Below are positions 40,175-49,479 of a DNA stretch of 64,000 nt, piece by piece. Where the stretch lies: NCBI GenBank assembly GCA_046290465.1, contig JBKAGP010000001.1, positions 1,760,001 through 1,824,000 on the forward strand, written 5' to 3'. How positions within the stretch are numbered: position 1 is the stretch's first letter; each line of letters opens with the position of its first letter. The translations under genes and the position numbers were made by a program. Under the pieces are notes generated by a model. That model saw nothing but the letters and a program-made list of their open reading frames with translations, was not told the origin of the DNA and did not search any database. The DNA comes from Planctomycetota bacterium (GTDB taxonomy: Bacteria; Planctomycetota; UBA1135; UBA2386).

Positions 40175-42235
40175 ATGCGCGACCCGCTCGACGAATACCG
40201 CAAGAAGCGCGACTTCGGCGCGACCCCGGAGCCGGCCCCAGGGCCGACCCCAGAGTCGACCCCAGACTCGACCGCGAGCGAACAGGACGCGCAGCGGCCC
40301 GGCAACGCGTTCGTCGTGCACCGCCACGAGGCGCGCCAGCTGCACTACGACCTGCGACTCGAGCACGACGGCGTGCTCAAGTCGTGGGCGGTGCCGCGCG
40401 GGTTCTCGTACGACCGTTCGGAGAAGCGCCTGGCGGTGCGCACCGAGGACCACCCGATCGAGTACGAGCACTTCTCCGGCCGCATCCCGAAGGGCCAGTA
40501 CGGCGCCGGCACGATGGCGATCTGGGACCGCGGCACCTACGAGCTGGTCAAGATCCCGACGTGGCAGGAGTCGCTCGACAAGGGCGAGCTCAAGGTGGTG
40601 CTGCACGGCCGCCGGCTGCGCGGCGAGTGGCACCTGGTGCGCACGACGCAGGGCAAGAACACCTGGCTGCTGTTCAAGTCGAAGGACCGCTTCGCCGGCC
40701 CCGACCGCGACAGCGTGCTCGGCGTCGACCTCGACGCCGCGGTCGACGACGACGTCCGGCTGCCGCTCGAGCCGATGCGCGTCGGCGGCGAACGCGGCGT
40801 GTTCCGCGACCCGGGCTACCTGTTCGAGATGCAGTTCGACGGCCTGCGCACGTTCGCGCGCAAGGCGGGCGAACAGGTCATGCTGACCGCGCTCGACGAC
40901 GTGCCCGCCGCGATCGCCGACGGCCTGCGCGCGCTGCGTTCGGACACGGCCCTGCTCGACGGCGTGCTGGTGGCGACCGACGCATCGGGCCGGCCGAGCC
41001 GCACGGCGCTCGCTGCCGCGCTGCGCGACGGCGGCGACGGCGTCGCGTTCTACGCGTTCGACCTGCTGCAGTGGGAGGACTACGACCTGCGCGCGCTGCC
41101 GCTCGTCGACCGCAAGGCCGGCCTGCGCGCGATCGTCCCCCAGCGGCCCGGCGTGCTGTTCGTCGACCACGTCACCGGTGACGGCCCGTCGCTGCTGCAG
41201 GTGATCGCCGACACCGGACTGCCGGGGGCGATCGCCAAGCGCGCGACCTCGACCTACACCTCGGGCCCGAGCGACGACTGGCAGGTGGTGCCGACCGGCG
41301 CCGCGGCCGAACCGACGCCCGCACGCAGCGCCCCCGCGCTGCAGCCGTCGCGCTTCAAGCCGACCAACCTCGGCAAGGTCTACTGGCCGGCCGAGGGCTA
41401 CACCAAGGGCGACCTGATCGCCTACTACGCGGCGATCGCCGACGTGTTGCTGCCGCACCTGCAAGACCGGCCGGTGCACTTCAACCGCTTCCCCGACGGC
41501 ATCGACGGCAAGTCCTTCTACCAGCGAGAGGTCAAGGAGGGCACGCCGGACTGGGTCGGCACCGCCGACGTCCCGCACGACGACGAAGTGGTCCCACACC
41601 ACGTCATCACCGACCGGGACACGCTGCTCTACGCCGCCAACCTCGGCAGCATCGACCTGCACCCGTGGCTGTCGCGCGTCGGCACGTTCTACCAACCGGA
41701 CTACGCGGTCATCGACCTCGACCCGAAGGACGCTCCGTGGCAGCACGTCGTGCGGATCGCGCGCGCCGCCGGCAAGCTGCTGCGCGGCATCGGGCTGCGG
41801 CCGCTGCTGAAGACCTCCGGCAAGACCGGCATGCACGTGTTCGTGCCGCTGATCGGCGGCTACACCTACGACCATTCGAAGATGTTCTGCGAGGCGGTCG
41901 CGCGGGTGCTGGTGCGCGAGCTGCCCGACATCGCGACCGTCGAGCGCATGCCGCAGAACCGCGACGGCAAGGTCTACGTCGACTTCCTGCAGAACCGCAA
42001 GAGCCAGACGATCGTGCCGCCCTACTCGGTGCGGCCGGTGCGCGCGGCGAGCGTGTCCGCGCCGCTGCGCTGGGACGAGCTCGAGGACTCGGACCTGGCG
42101 CCGCAGAAGTTCACCATCCACACGATGCCGCCGCGCGTCGAAGAGGTCGGCGACCTGTTCCAGAAGGCGCTGACCGACAAGCAGGACCTGATGCCCGCGA
42201 TCGCGGCGCTCGAGGACGTGCTCAAGAACGGCTGA
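40175..42235 (+). CDS. ligD: LigD-like protein: 3'-phosphoesterase + degenerate ligase + primase-polymerase
   Basis: YRKKRDFGATPEP, HYDLRLE, SWAVPRG, TEDHP (PE); TNLGKVYWP, RFPDGI, IDLDP, KTSGKTGMH, DFLQN, PYSVR (POL); ligase motif I reads EMQFDG. Confidence 0.9.
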   Translation: MRDPLDEYRKKRDFGATPEPAPGPTPESTPDSTASEQDAQRPGNAFVVHRHEARQLHYDLRLEHDGVLKSWAVPRGFSYDRSEKRLAVRTEDHPIEYEHFSGRIPKGQYGAGTMAIWDRGTYELVKIPTWQESLDKGELKVVLHGRRLRGEWHLVRTTQGKNTWLLFKSKDRFAGPDRDSVLGVDLDAAVDDDVRLPLEPMRVGGERGVFRDPGYLFEMQFDGLRTFARKAGEQVMLTALDDVPAAIADGLRALRSDTALLDGVLVATDASGRPSRTALAAALRDGGDGVAFYAFDLLQWEDYDLRALPLVDRKAGLRAIVPQRPGVLFVDHVTGDGPSLLQVIADTGLPGAIAKRATSTYTSGPSDDWQVVPTGAAAEPTPARSAPALQPSRFKPTNLGKVYWPAEGYTKGDLIAYYAAIADVLLPHLQDRPVHFNRFPDGIDGKSFYQREVKEGTPDWVGTADVPHDDEVVPHHVITDRDTLLYAANLGSIDLHPWLSRVGTFYQPDYAVIDLDPKDAPWQHVVRIARAAGKLLRGIGLRPLLKTSGKTGMHVFVPLIGGYTYDHSKMFCEAVARVLVRELPDIATVERMPQNRDGKVYVDFLQNRKSQTIVPPYSVRPVRAASVSAPLRWDELEDSDLAPQKFTIHTMPPRVEEVGDLFQKALTDKQDLMPAIAALEDVLKNG

Positions 42236-42331
42236 CCGCCTCTCCGGCCGGCGCGCACAATCGTGGCGGCATGCGCCCCTCCCGCCCGGTCGCGCCTTGC
42301 CGCGCGCGGCGCGCGCGTCGACCATGTCGCC

Positions 42332-44221
42332 ATGCGTCTCGCTGCCACGATCGCGATCGCCCTGTGCGCATCGTCCGTCCCCTGCCAGTCCCCGACCGAC
42401 GGCCTCGTGCTGGTCGAAGCCGAGTCGTTCGCCGACACCGGCGGCTGGGTCGTCGACCAGCAGTTCATGGACTTCATGGGCTCGCCGATGCTGCTCGCCC
42501 ACGGACTCGGCGAACCGGTGCAGAACGCGACCACCGAGGTGGCATTCGAGCAGCCCGGCAGCTACCGCGTCTGGGTACGCACGCGTGACTGGGTCGCGCC
42601 GTGGAACGCGCCGGGCGCGCCCGGGCGCTTCGAGCTGCAGATCGACGGTCGCTCGCTGAAGACGACATTCGGCACCGAGGGTGCCGACTGGCACTGGCAG
42701 GACGGCGGCGAGGTGCGCGTCGGCGCGAACGCGAAGCTGACGCTGCACGACCTGACCGGGTTCGAGGGGCGCTGCGATGCGATCCTGTTCGCGCGCGACC
42801 GTTCGTTCCAGCCGCCGGACGGCGGCGACGATCTGGCGAAGCTGCGCGGCAGGCTGCTCGGCTGGGACGCCGCGCCCGCCGACGGCGGCGCGTTCGACCT
42901 GGTGGTCATCGGCGGCGGCATCGCCGGCACCTCGGCCGCGATCACCGCGGCGCGGCTCGGCTGCACGGTGGCGCTGATCCAGGACCGGCCGGTGCTCGGC
43001 GGCAACGGCAGCAGCGAGGTCCGCGTCTGGCCGGAGGGCCATACCAACCACGAACCGTACCCGCGGGTCGGCGACGTCGTGCGCGAACTGGTGCGCAAGA
43101 AGGGGCGCGGCGACGGCAACGCGCGCAACGCCGACATCTACGAGGACCGGCGCAAGCTCGAGCTGGCGCGCGCCGAACCCAACCTGACGCTGCTGCTGGA
43201 GCACCGCGCCAACGCCGCCGAACACGACGGCGGCCACGTCGTGTCGGTGCGCGCGCAGCACACCCGCAGCGGCCGGCGCCGGACCATCCGCGGCCGCTGG
43301 TTCGTCGACTGCAGTGGCGACGGCGTGATCGGCGCGCTGGTCGGCGCCGACTTCGAGATGACGATGCAGGGCCACATGGGCGTCAGCAACCTGTGGAACG
43401 TCGGCGCCGTCGAGAAGAACGAGTACCAGCTGCGCTGCGAGTGCGAGGACCCGGACGACCCGCTGTCGATCCACTTCGTCGCGTCGGACCAGCCGGCGCC
43501 GTTCCCGCGGTGCCCGTGGGCCGTCGACCTCAGCGACAAGCCGTTCCCCGGCCGCAAGGCCGAGAAGGACGGCAAGCGCGGCATGGCCAACCTGTCGTCG
43601 CTCGGCGGCTGGTTTTGGGAGACCGGCTTCGACAAGCACCCGATCACCGATCTGGAGCGCATGCGCGACCAGAACCTGCGGGCGATGTACGGCGCGTGGG
43701 ACGCGCTCAAGAACGTCGATGGGCAGTACCCGAACCAGCGCCTGAAGTGGGCCGCGTTCATCGCCGGCAAGCGCGAGTCGCGCCGCCTGCTCGGCGACGT
43801 GGTCGTGACCGGCGAGGACTTCCGCGACCTCAAGCCCTACCCGGACGCGGCGTTCCCGTGCACGTGGCACATCGACCTGCACTTTCCGAAGAAGGCGTTC
43901 CAGCAAGGCCACGAGGGCGACGAGTTCATCTCCGACTACACGCGCGGCAACGGCTACCGGTACAAGGGCCCCTACTGGGCTCCCTACCGCGCCCTCTACA
44001 GCCGCAACATCGACAACCTGTTCATGGCCGGCCGCGACATCAGCGTCACGCACGAGGCGCTCGGCGCCGTTCGCGTGATGCAGACCTGCGGCATGATGGG
44101 CGAGGTCGTCGGCATGGCTGCGTCGCTGTGCAAGCAGCACGACTGCCAGCCGCGCGACGTCTACGAACGGCACCTCGACGAGCTGAAGGCGCTGCTGCAG
44201 CGAGGCGCGGGCAAGCGGTAA
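42332..44221 (+). CDS. exported FAD-dependent oxidoreductase
   Basis: Signal peptide, DLVVIGGGIAG, QDRPVLGGNGSSE, DCSGDG, KRESRRL, NLFMAGRDIS, RVMQTC. Confidence 0.85.
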   Translation: MRLAATIAIALCASSVPCQSPTDGLVLVEAESFADTGGWVVDQQFMDFMGSPMLLAHGLGEPVQNATTEVAFEQPGSYRVWVRTRDWVAPWNAPGAPGRFELQIDGRSLKTTFGTEGADWHWQDGGEVRVGANAKLTLHDLTGFEGRCDAILFARDRSFQPPDGGDDLAKLRGRLLGWDAAPADGGAFDLVVIGGGIAGTSAAITAARLGCTVALIQDRPVLGGNGSSEVRVWPEGHTNHEPYPRVGDVVRELVRKKGRGDGNARNADIYEDRRKLELARAEPNLTLLLEHRANAAEHDGGHVVSVRAQHTRSGRRRTIRGRWFVDCSGDGVIGALVGADFEMTMQGHMGVSNLWNVGAVEKNEYQLRCECEDPDDPLSIHFVASDQPAPFPRCPWAVDLSDKPFPGRKAEKDGKRGMANLSSLGGWFWETGFDKHPITDLERMRDQNLRAMYGAWDALKNVDGQYPNQRLKWAAFIAGKRESRRLLGDVVVTGEDFRDLKPYPDAAFPCTWHIDLHFPKKAFQQGHEGDEFISDYTRGNGYRYKGPYWAPYRALYSRNIDNLFMAGRDISVTHEALGAVRVMQTCGMMGEVVGMAASLCKQHDCQPRDVYERHLDELKALLQRGAGKR

Positions 44222-44245
44222 CGGGCCGGCGACGCGGCCCGCACG

Positions 44246-45109
44246 TCAGCCCCGCGGGTTCTGCAGGCGACGGCGGACCTGTTCGGCCCAGCGCGAGTTG
44301 GGGTCGAACGTCAGGTAGGCGCGCCAGTGCTCGCGGGCACGGTCGAGATCGCCGACCGCAGCCAGCGCCTCGGCCAGGTTGTAGTGCGCGTCGGCGTAGT
44401 GCGGCACCAGCTCGAGCGCCTTCTCGAGCGCCTCGACGGCCCCGTGGCGATCGCCGACCTCGCCGCGCACGATGCCGAGGTTGTTCCAGGCCTCGGCGTA
44501 GTCCGGCGCCCGCGCGATCGCCGCGGCGAACTGGTCGACCGCGTCCTTGCGGCGCTTGCGTTCGTAGTAGCAGTTGCCGAGGTTGAAGTGGGTCTCGGCG
44601 CTGCGCCCGGGCAGCGCGTGCTCGTAGGCGCGCACCGCGTCGTCGAGGCGGCCGGCGGCTTCGGCATCGACGCCGATCGCGAACCAGTCCTGCGGGCTGC
44701 GCAGCTGCGGCAGAGCGACCTCGCCGTCGGCCTCGGCGGCGACCGCCGCGAAGTCGAACAGCAGCTGGCCGGTCGGCTCCAGCAGGCGGCCATCGGGCGC
44801 CCGCACGGTGACCTTGCGGGTGCCGATGCTGGCCAACAGCCCGGTCAACGCCGCCTCGGGGTCGGGCACGACGGTCTTCGCCAACTCCCAGCGGCTCTTG
44901 ATGCGCGGCGCCGTCCAGCCGGCGCGCCACAGCTCGGCGAGCGTGCGCACGGTGCCGACGGCGCGGAACGCGAAGCGCCGCGCCGAGCCGCGCATCGGCG
45001 CGAGCAGGCCATGTTCGATCCAGCGCTTGAGTACGGTGGCCGGCAGGCCGCAGAGCTCGGCGAGCTCCTCGACGGTGAACGTGCGCTCCTCGCCGCCGTC
45101 GGACCTCAC
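44246..45109 (-). CDS. MerR-like HTH + TPR protein
   Basis: FTVEELAELCGLPATVLKRWIEHGLL; GQLLFDF linker; TPRs (ETHFNLGN, EAWNNLG, DAHYNLA); GTGA overlap with the ligase. Confidence 0.85.
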   Translation of the reverse strand: MRSDGGEERTFTVEELAELCGLPATVLKRWIEHGLLAPMRGSARRFAFRAVGTVRTLAELWRAGWTAPRIKSRWELAKTVVPDPEAALTGLLASIGTRKVTVRAPDGRLLEPTGQLLFDFAAVAAEADGEVALPQLRSPQDWFAIGVDAEAAGRLDDAVRAYEHALPGRSAETHFNLGNCYYERKRRKDAVDQFAAAIARAPDYAEAWNNLGIVRGEVGDRHGAVEALEKALELVPHYADAHYNLAEALAAVGDLDRAREHWRAYLTFDPNSRWAEQVRRRLQNPRG

Positions 45110-46023
45110 GCCGCCCCCTCCGCAACCAGCCCCTTGAACACCGGCGCGCGCAGGTTGCCGCTGGCGGTGCGCTCGAGGTAGCTGACGGTGCAGTAGATGC
45201 CGGGCTGCACCCACTCGCCGGGGATGCCGGCGTCGATCAGCGGTGCCGCCGCCGGCCGACTGGACAGCAGTTCGCGCAGCTGCGCGCGCGCCGCCTCGCC
45301 GATGCCCGAACCGACCTTGCCGACACAGACCAGTTCGCCGTCGAAGTCGGTCGCGACGATCAGCGACTTGAAGTCGCCGCGGCGCTCGGCGTCCGGCTCG
45401 TAGCCGATGACCAGGCAGTGCACCGACTTGACCGGTTTGATCTTCTGCCACGCGTCGCCGCGTTCGCCAGGCAGGTAGGGCGCATCGAGGCGCTTGGCGA
45501 CGATGCCCTCGAGTTCCTGGGTGCGCGCCGCTTCGAACAGCGACAGCCCCTGGCCGACGACCCCGTCCGAGAGCATCAGCCGCGGCTGCCCGGCCGCCGC
45601 GACCACCGCCTGCAGGCGTTCCCGACGGGTGCGCAGCGGCAGCGCGAGCAGCGACGCACCGGCCTCGAACAGCAGGTCGAAGACGACGTAGACGACCGGG
45701 TGCCGCGCCATCGCCGACGCCACCCGCGCCGGCGACGCGTTCTCGCGCGACAGGATCGCGCGGAAGTCGGGCCGACCGTCCTCGCGCAGCACGACCAATT
45801 CGCCGTCGAGCACCGTGCCGTCGGCAAGCTCCGCGAGGAACGCCAGCTCCGGGTAGCGCGTCGCCAGGTCGCGCCGGCGCCTGCCGTGCATGCGCAGGCC
45901 GGCCTCGTCGACGTAGCTGACCGCACGCACACCGTCCCACTTGAGCTCGAACAGGTGCTCGTCCGAGTCGAACGGCTCGCCGATGCGCGCCAGCATCGGC
46001 TCGATGTGTTCGGGCAGCGCCAC
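45106..46023 (-). CDS. stand-alone ATP-dependent DNA ligase (NHEJ type, NTase + OB domains)
   Basis: ELKWDGVR (catalytic Lys), LDGEL, VFDLL, EGIVAKR, WQKIK, GKVGSG, LRAPVFKG. Confidence 0.92.
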   Translation of the reverse strand: MALPEHIEPMLARIGEPFDSDEHLFELKWDGVRAVSYVDEAGLRMHGRRRRDLATRYPELAFLAELADGTVLDGELVVLREDGRPDFRAILSRENASPARVASAMARHPVVYVVFDLLFEAGASLLALPLRTRRERLQAVVAAAGQPRLMLSDGVVGQGLSLFEAARTQELEGIVAKRLDAPYLPGERGDAWQKIKPVKSVHCLVIGYEPDAERRGDFKSLIVATDFDGELVCVGKVGSGIGEAARAQLRELLSSRPAAAPLIDAGIPGEWVQPGIYCTVSYLERTASGNLRAPVFKGLVAEGAA

Positions 46024-46035
46024 GGCGAGGTCGCG

Positions 46036-46971
46036 CTACTCGCCCTCGGCCTTGCGCGAACGCTTCTTCTTGCCGCTGCTCGGAGCCAGCTTCTTGTCGG
46101 CGGCCCCATCGGCCGGATCCCCATCGGCCGGATCCACATCGGACGCATCCCCATCGGCCCCGTCGTCGCCCGACGCCTGCTTGGCCTGCGCCTCGGCGAC
46201 GCTCTTCTTGAGCGCATCCATCAGGTTGAGGATCTTCGGCTCCTCGTGGTCGGGCGCCTGCACGACCTCCTGGCCGTCGACCTTCAGCTCGATCAGCTTC
46301 TTCAGCTTGCGCACGTACTGGTCGCTGTAGCTATCGAGGTCGAACTCGTCGAGCTTCGACGCGGTGATCAGCGTCTCGGTCAGCGCGACCTCTTCCGGCT
46401 TGAACTCGATCTCCTCGATCTCGTTCTGGTAGTCGTCGATCTTGCGCACCCGCTGCGGGTAGTGCAGGCCGAACATCACCAGCATGCGATCGATCGCGCG
46501 CACCACCACCAGTTGCTCGCGGCCCGACATCACCACCTGCGCAATCGCGCAGACGCCGTTCTTCTGCATGCCTTCGCGCAGCAGCGCGTACGGGCGTTCG
46601 CCGGCGATGCCGTCCGGCATCAGGTAGTGCGCCTTGCCGGCGTAGTAGCGATTGTCGATCGTGTCCTCGGGCACGAAGCCGTCGATGCCGACGGCGCGGT
46701 CCGACTTGGTGCGCAGCTTGTCGAGGTCGTCGGGCTCGACGACCACGTACTGGTCCTTCTGGTGCTCGTAGCCGCTGACGATCGAGTCGCTCTTCAGCTC
46801 GCCGTGCTCGGGACAGATCTTCTGGTACTTGACGCGCGAGTGGCAGTCCTTGTGCAGCTGGTTCAGCCGCACTTCGCTGCTGGTGTCGTTGACGGTGAAG
46901 GCCTTCACCGGAACGGACACGAGGCTCAGCTTGAGGAAACCCTTCCAGGACGTGCGGGACGGGACAGCCAT
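46036..46971 (-). CDS. ku: NHEJ DNA end-binding protein Ku
   Basis: WKGFLKLSLVSVPVK, LNQLH, GYE, YALLRE, NLMDALKKS, acidic then basic tail. Confidence 0.95.
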   Translation of the reverse strand: MAVPSRTSWKGFLKLSLVSVPVKAFTVNDTSSEVRLNQLHKDCHSRVKYQKICPEHGELKSDSIVSGYEHQKDQYVVVEPDDLDKLRTKSDRAVGIDGFVPEDTIDNRYYAGKAHYLMPDGIAGERPYALLREGMQKNGVCAIAQVVMSGREQLVVVRAIDRMLVMFGLHYPQRVRKIDDYQNEIEEIEFKPEEVALTETLITASKLDEFDLDSYSDQYVRKLKKLIELKVDGQEVVQAPDHEEPKILNLMDALKKSVAEAQAKQASGDDGADGDASDVDPADGDPADGAADKKLAPSSGKKKRSRKAEGE

Positions 46972-47038
46972 AGGGCGCAGGTATCGAGGAGCCGCGGGGA
47001 AGCGCGCAGGATACCAGCGGCGGCCGGAGCCTGCCCGC

Positions 47039-47743
47039 TCAAAGGTCGAGGAAACGGGCAGCCAGCTTCGGCCCCGCGCAGCTGTCCTCGTGCTTGAAGA
47101 ACACGAACGCGTCGCGAACGCCGGTGGCAACGATGCGATCGCGCCACGCCCGTAGTTCGTCGTCACCGTATGCCGAGCGACGCAGCCGCAGGTAGACCCA
47201 CGGCGGGCCGGCCGCGAACTCGGGGGCGTCGGCGTCGTCCTTGTCCGACGCCACCACCGTCGCGTTGCGCGCGTGCAGCAGCTCGAACACCTCGGGCACG
47301 TGCCAGCTCTCGTGCACGAACTCGAAGGCGGTGCGCACGCCGTCGGGCTGCTCGGCGAGGAACGCCTTCAGCACGTCGAGGTCGCAGCGCACGTACTTGG
47401 GCAGCTGGTAGAAGACGCAGCCGAGCTTGTCGCCGAGCGGCTGCAGCTGTTCGAACAGGTAGGCGCAGAGTTCGCCGCAGTCGACCAGCTTCTGGTTCCA
47501 GCTGATGCGGCGCGAGGCCTTGATCGCGAAGCGGAAGTCGTCGGGCACCTGCGCGTTCCAGGACTGCACCATCTTCTCGCTGGGCATGCGATAGAACGTG
47601 TTGTTCAGCTCGCACGACTTCAGCCGCTCGGCATAGAAGGACAGCATGTCGGCCTTCTTGAGGTCGTCCGGATAGAAGTCGGGCCGCCACTCGTCGTAGC
47701 TGAAGCCGCTGGTGCCGACGTGGATCGCGGGCTCGTTCGCCAT
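47039..47743 (-). CDS. DUF72 (YecE-like) protein
   Basis: VGTSGFSYDEW...FYP, ELNNTFYRMP, FAIKAS, YQLP, FEFVHESW, YLRLR, FFKHE. Confidence 0.9.
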   Translation of the reverse strand: MANEPAIHVGTSGFSYDEWRPDFYPDDLKKADMLSFYAERLKSCELNNTFYRMPSEKMVQSWNAQVPDDFRFAIKASRRISWNQKLVDCGELCAYLFEQLQPLGDKLGCVFYQLPKYVRCDLDVLKAFLAEQPDGVRTAFEFVHESWHVPEVFELLHARNATVVASDKDDADAPEFAAGPPWVYLRLRRSAYGDDELRAWRDRIVATGVRDAFVFFKHEDSCAGPKLAARFLDL

Positions 47744-47814
47744 CCGGGGAGCTTACGGCAGCGACCCGCGGTTTCCGGCCCCGACTGTGAGGTGGCCGTC
47801 GCTATCGTGGCGCG

Positions 47815-48606
47815 ATGCGCCAAACCCTCAGGCCCGTCCCCGTCCTCGGAATGCTGCTGCCCTGTGTGCTGCTGCTGCTCGCCTCCTGCTCGGTTCCCGA
47901 TCACGACCGCGCCGATCATGAGCCGGTCGGGCACGACATCGCGATCGTGCCGACCGGCACGACCGTGCTGTTCCAGGGCGACTCGATCACCGACGCGGGC
48001 CGGGAGCGCAAGCCGCAGCACGCCGACACCGCCAACGGCGCGCGCGGCCTCGGCCGCGGCTACGCCTCGCTGGCCGCCGGCGGCCTGATGGTGCAGATGG
48101 CGCCGCACGACGTGCGCTGCTTCAACCGCGGCGTCAGCGGCAACAAGGTCTTCCAGCTGGCCGAGCGCTGGCAACGCGACTGCCTCGACCTGCAGCCCGA
48201 CGTGCTGAGCATCCTGATCGGCGTCAACGACATCTGGCACACGCGTGACGGCAAGTACGACGGCACCGCCGCGGTCTACGAACGCGACTACGACGCGCTG
48301 CTGCAGCGAACCCGCGACGCGCTGCCCGACGTCACCCTGATCGTCTGCGAACCGTTCGTGCTGCCGTGCGGTGCGGTCGACGCATCGTGGTTCCCCGAGT
48401 TCGACGAGTACCGCGCCGCCGCCCGCCGCGTCGCCGACAAGCACGGCGCGACGTTCGTGCCGTTCCACTCGATGTTCGAAGCGGCGATGCAGCACCACCC
48501 GGCCGAGCATTGGGCCAAGGACGGCGTGCATCCGACGCGCGCGGGCGCGGCGCTGATGGCCAAGGCCTGGCTGCGCACGCTGCACGGCGACCGCGAGCAC
48601 GAATAG
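47815..48606 (+). CDS. SGNH/GDSL hydrolase lipoprotein
   Basis: Lipobox LASC; FQGDSITD, NRGVSG, GVND, DGVHP. Confidence 0.88.
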   Translation: MRQTLRPVPVLGMLLPCVLLLLASCSVPDHDRADHEPVGHDIAIVPTGTTVLFQGDSITDAGRERKPQHADTANGARGLGRGYASLAAGGLMVQMAPHDVRCFNRGVSGNKVFQLAERWQRDCLDLQPDVLSILIGVNDIWHTRDGKYDGTAAVYERDYDALLQRTRDALPDVTLIVCEPFVLPCGAVDASWFPEFDEYRAAARRVADKHGATFVPFHSMFEAAMQHHPAEHWAKDGVHPTRAGAALMAKAWLRTLHGDREHE

Positions 48607-48919
48607 CCCGCCGCCGAATCCGCCGATTGCACGCCGATTGGGCTATTTGCGGATTTCGGCGTGTTTTGTTTTGGGGCGCGCGCACGACAGGATGCGCGCG
48701 CGACCGGCCACTCTTGCCGGCGCGAAGAAGGAGCCGGCTGGCGCCGTCCCTGCCCGCGCACGCATTCGAATATCGGCTCGAAGATCAGGCGCCGTCTATA
48801 GGACGCGCAGACCTGCAGCGGCACACTACCGACCGCCAGAGCCGAATAGCGCGCTGCCAGATCGTATGCGCGTGCGGCCCCCTCAACCGTCCCGTCGTCG
48901 CAGGGACACCCGCCCAGCA

Positions 48920-49471
48920 ATGGAAACCGTCTACTTCTACTGTGCCGCCATCGGCGGCGGTCTGCTGCTGCTGCTCGTCCTGATGATGCTGCTGTCCGGC
49001 GGCGACGCGGAGTTCGAAGCAGACGCGTCGCCCGACCTCGACGGCGACGCACCTGATGCGTCGAGCACGCTGTTCCAGATCTCGCTGAAGACCGTCGTGG
49101 CGTTCGTCACGTTCTTCGGCATCGCCGGTATGGCGAGCTCGCGAGCCGACCTCGCGTCGACGCCGACGCTGGTCATCGCGCTCACCGCCGGCTTCGCTGC
49201 GTTCCTGATGGTCGGCTACGTCATGCAGGTTCTGCACGGTCTGCAGTCCAAGGGCAACGTCGACCTCAAGCAGGCGATCGGCCACACGGCCAAGGTCGAG
49301 CTTCGCATCCCCGCCACGCAGGCCGGCACCGGCAAGGTGCAGGTCATCGTCGGCGGCCGCATGGTCTCGCGCAAAGCCGTCACGCACGGCGAGGCCATCC
49401 CCACCGGCGCCGAGGTCCGCATCGACGCGATGCACGCGCCGGACACGTACCAGGTCACCCCCCTCAACTAA
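48920..49471 (+). CDS. NfeD-like membrane protein (flotillin partner)
   Basis: TM segments plus OB-like C-terminus (IPATQAGTGKVQV...IPTGAEVRI); directly upstream of flotillin. Confidence 0.8.
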   Translation: METVYFYCAAIGGGLLLLLVLMMLLSGGDAEFEADASPDLDGDAPDASSTLFQISLKTVVAFVTFFGIAGMASSRADLASTPTLVIALTAGFAAFLMVGYVMQVLHGLQSKGNVDLKQAIGHTAKVELRIPATQAGTGKVQVIVGGRMVSRKAVTHGEAIPTGAEVRIDAMHAPDTYQVTPLN

Positions 49472-49479
49472 GGAGAGAA

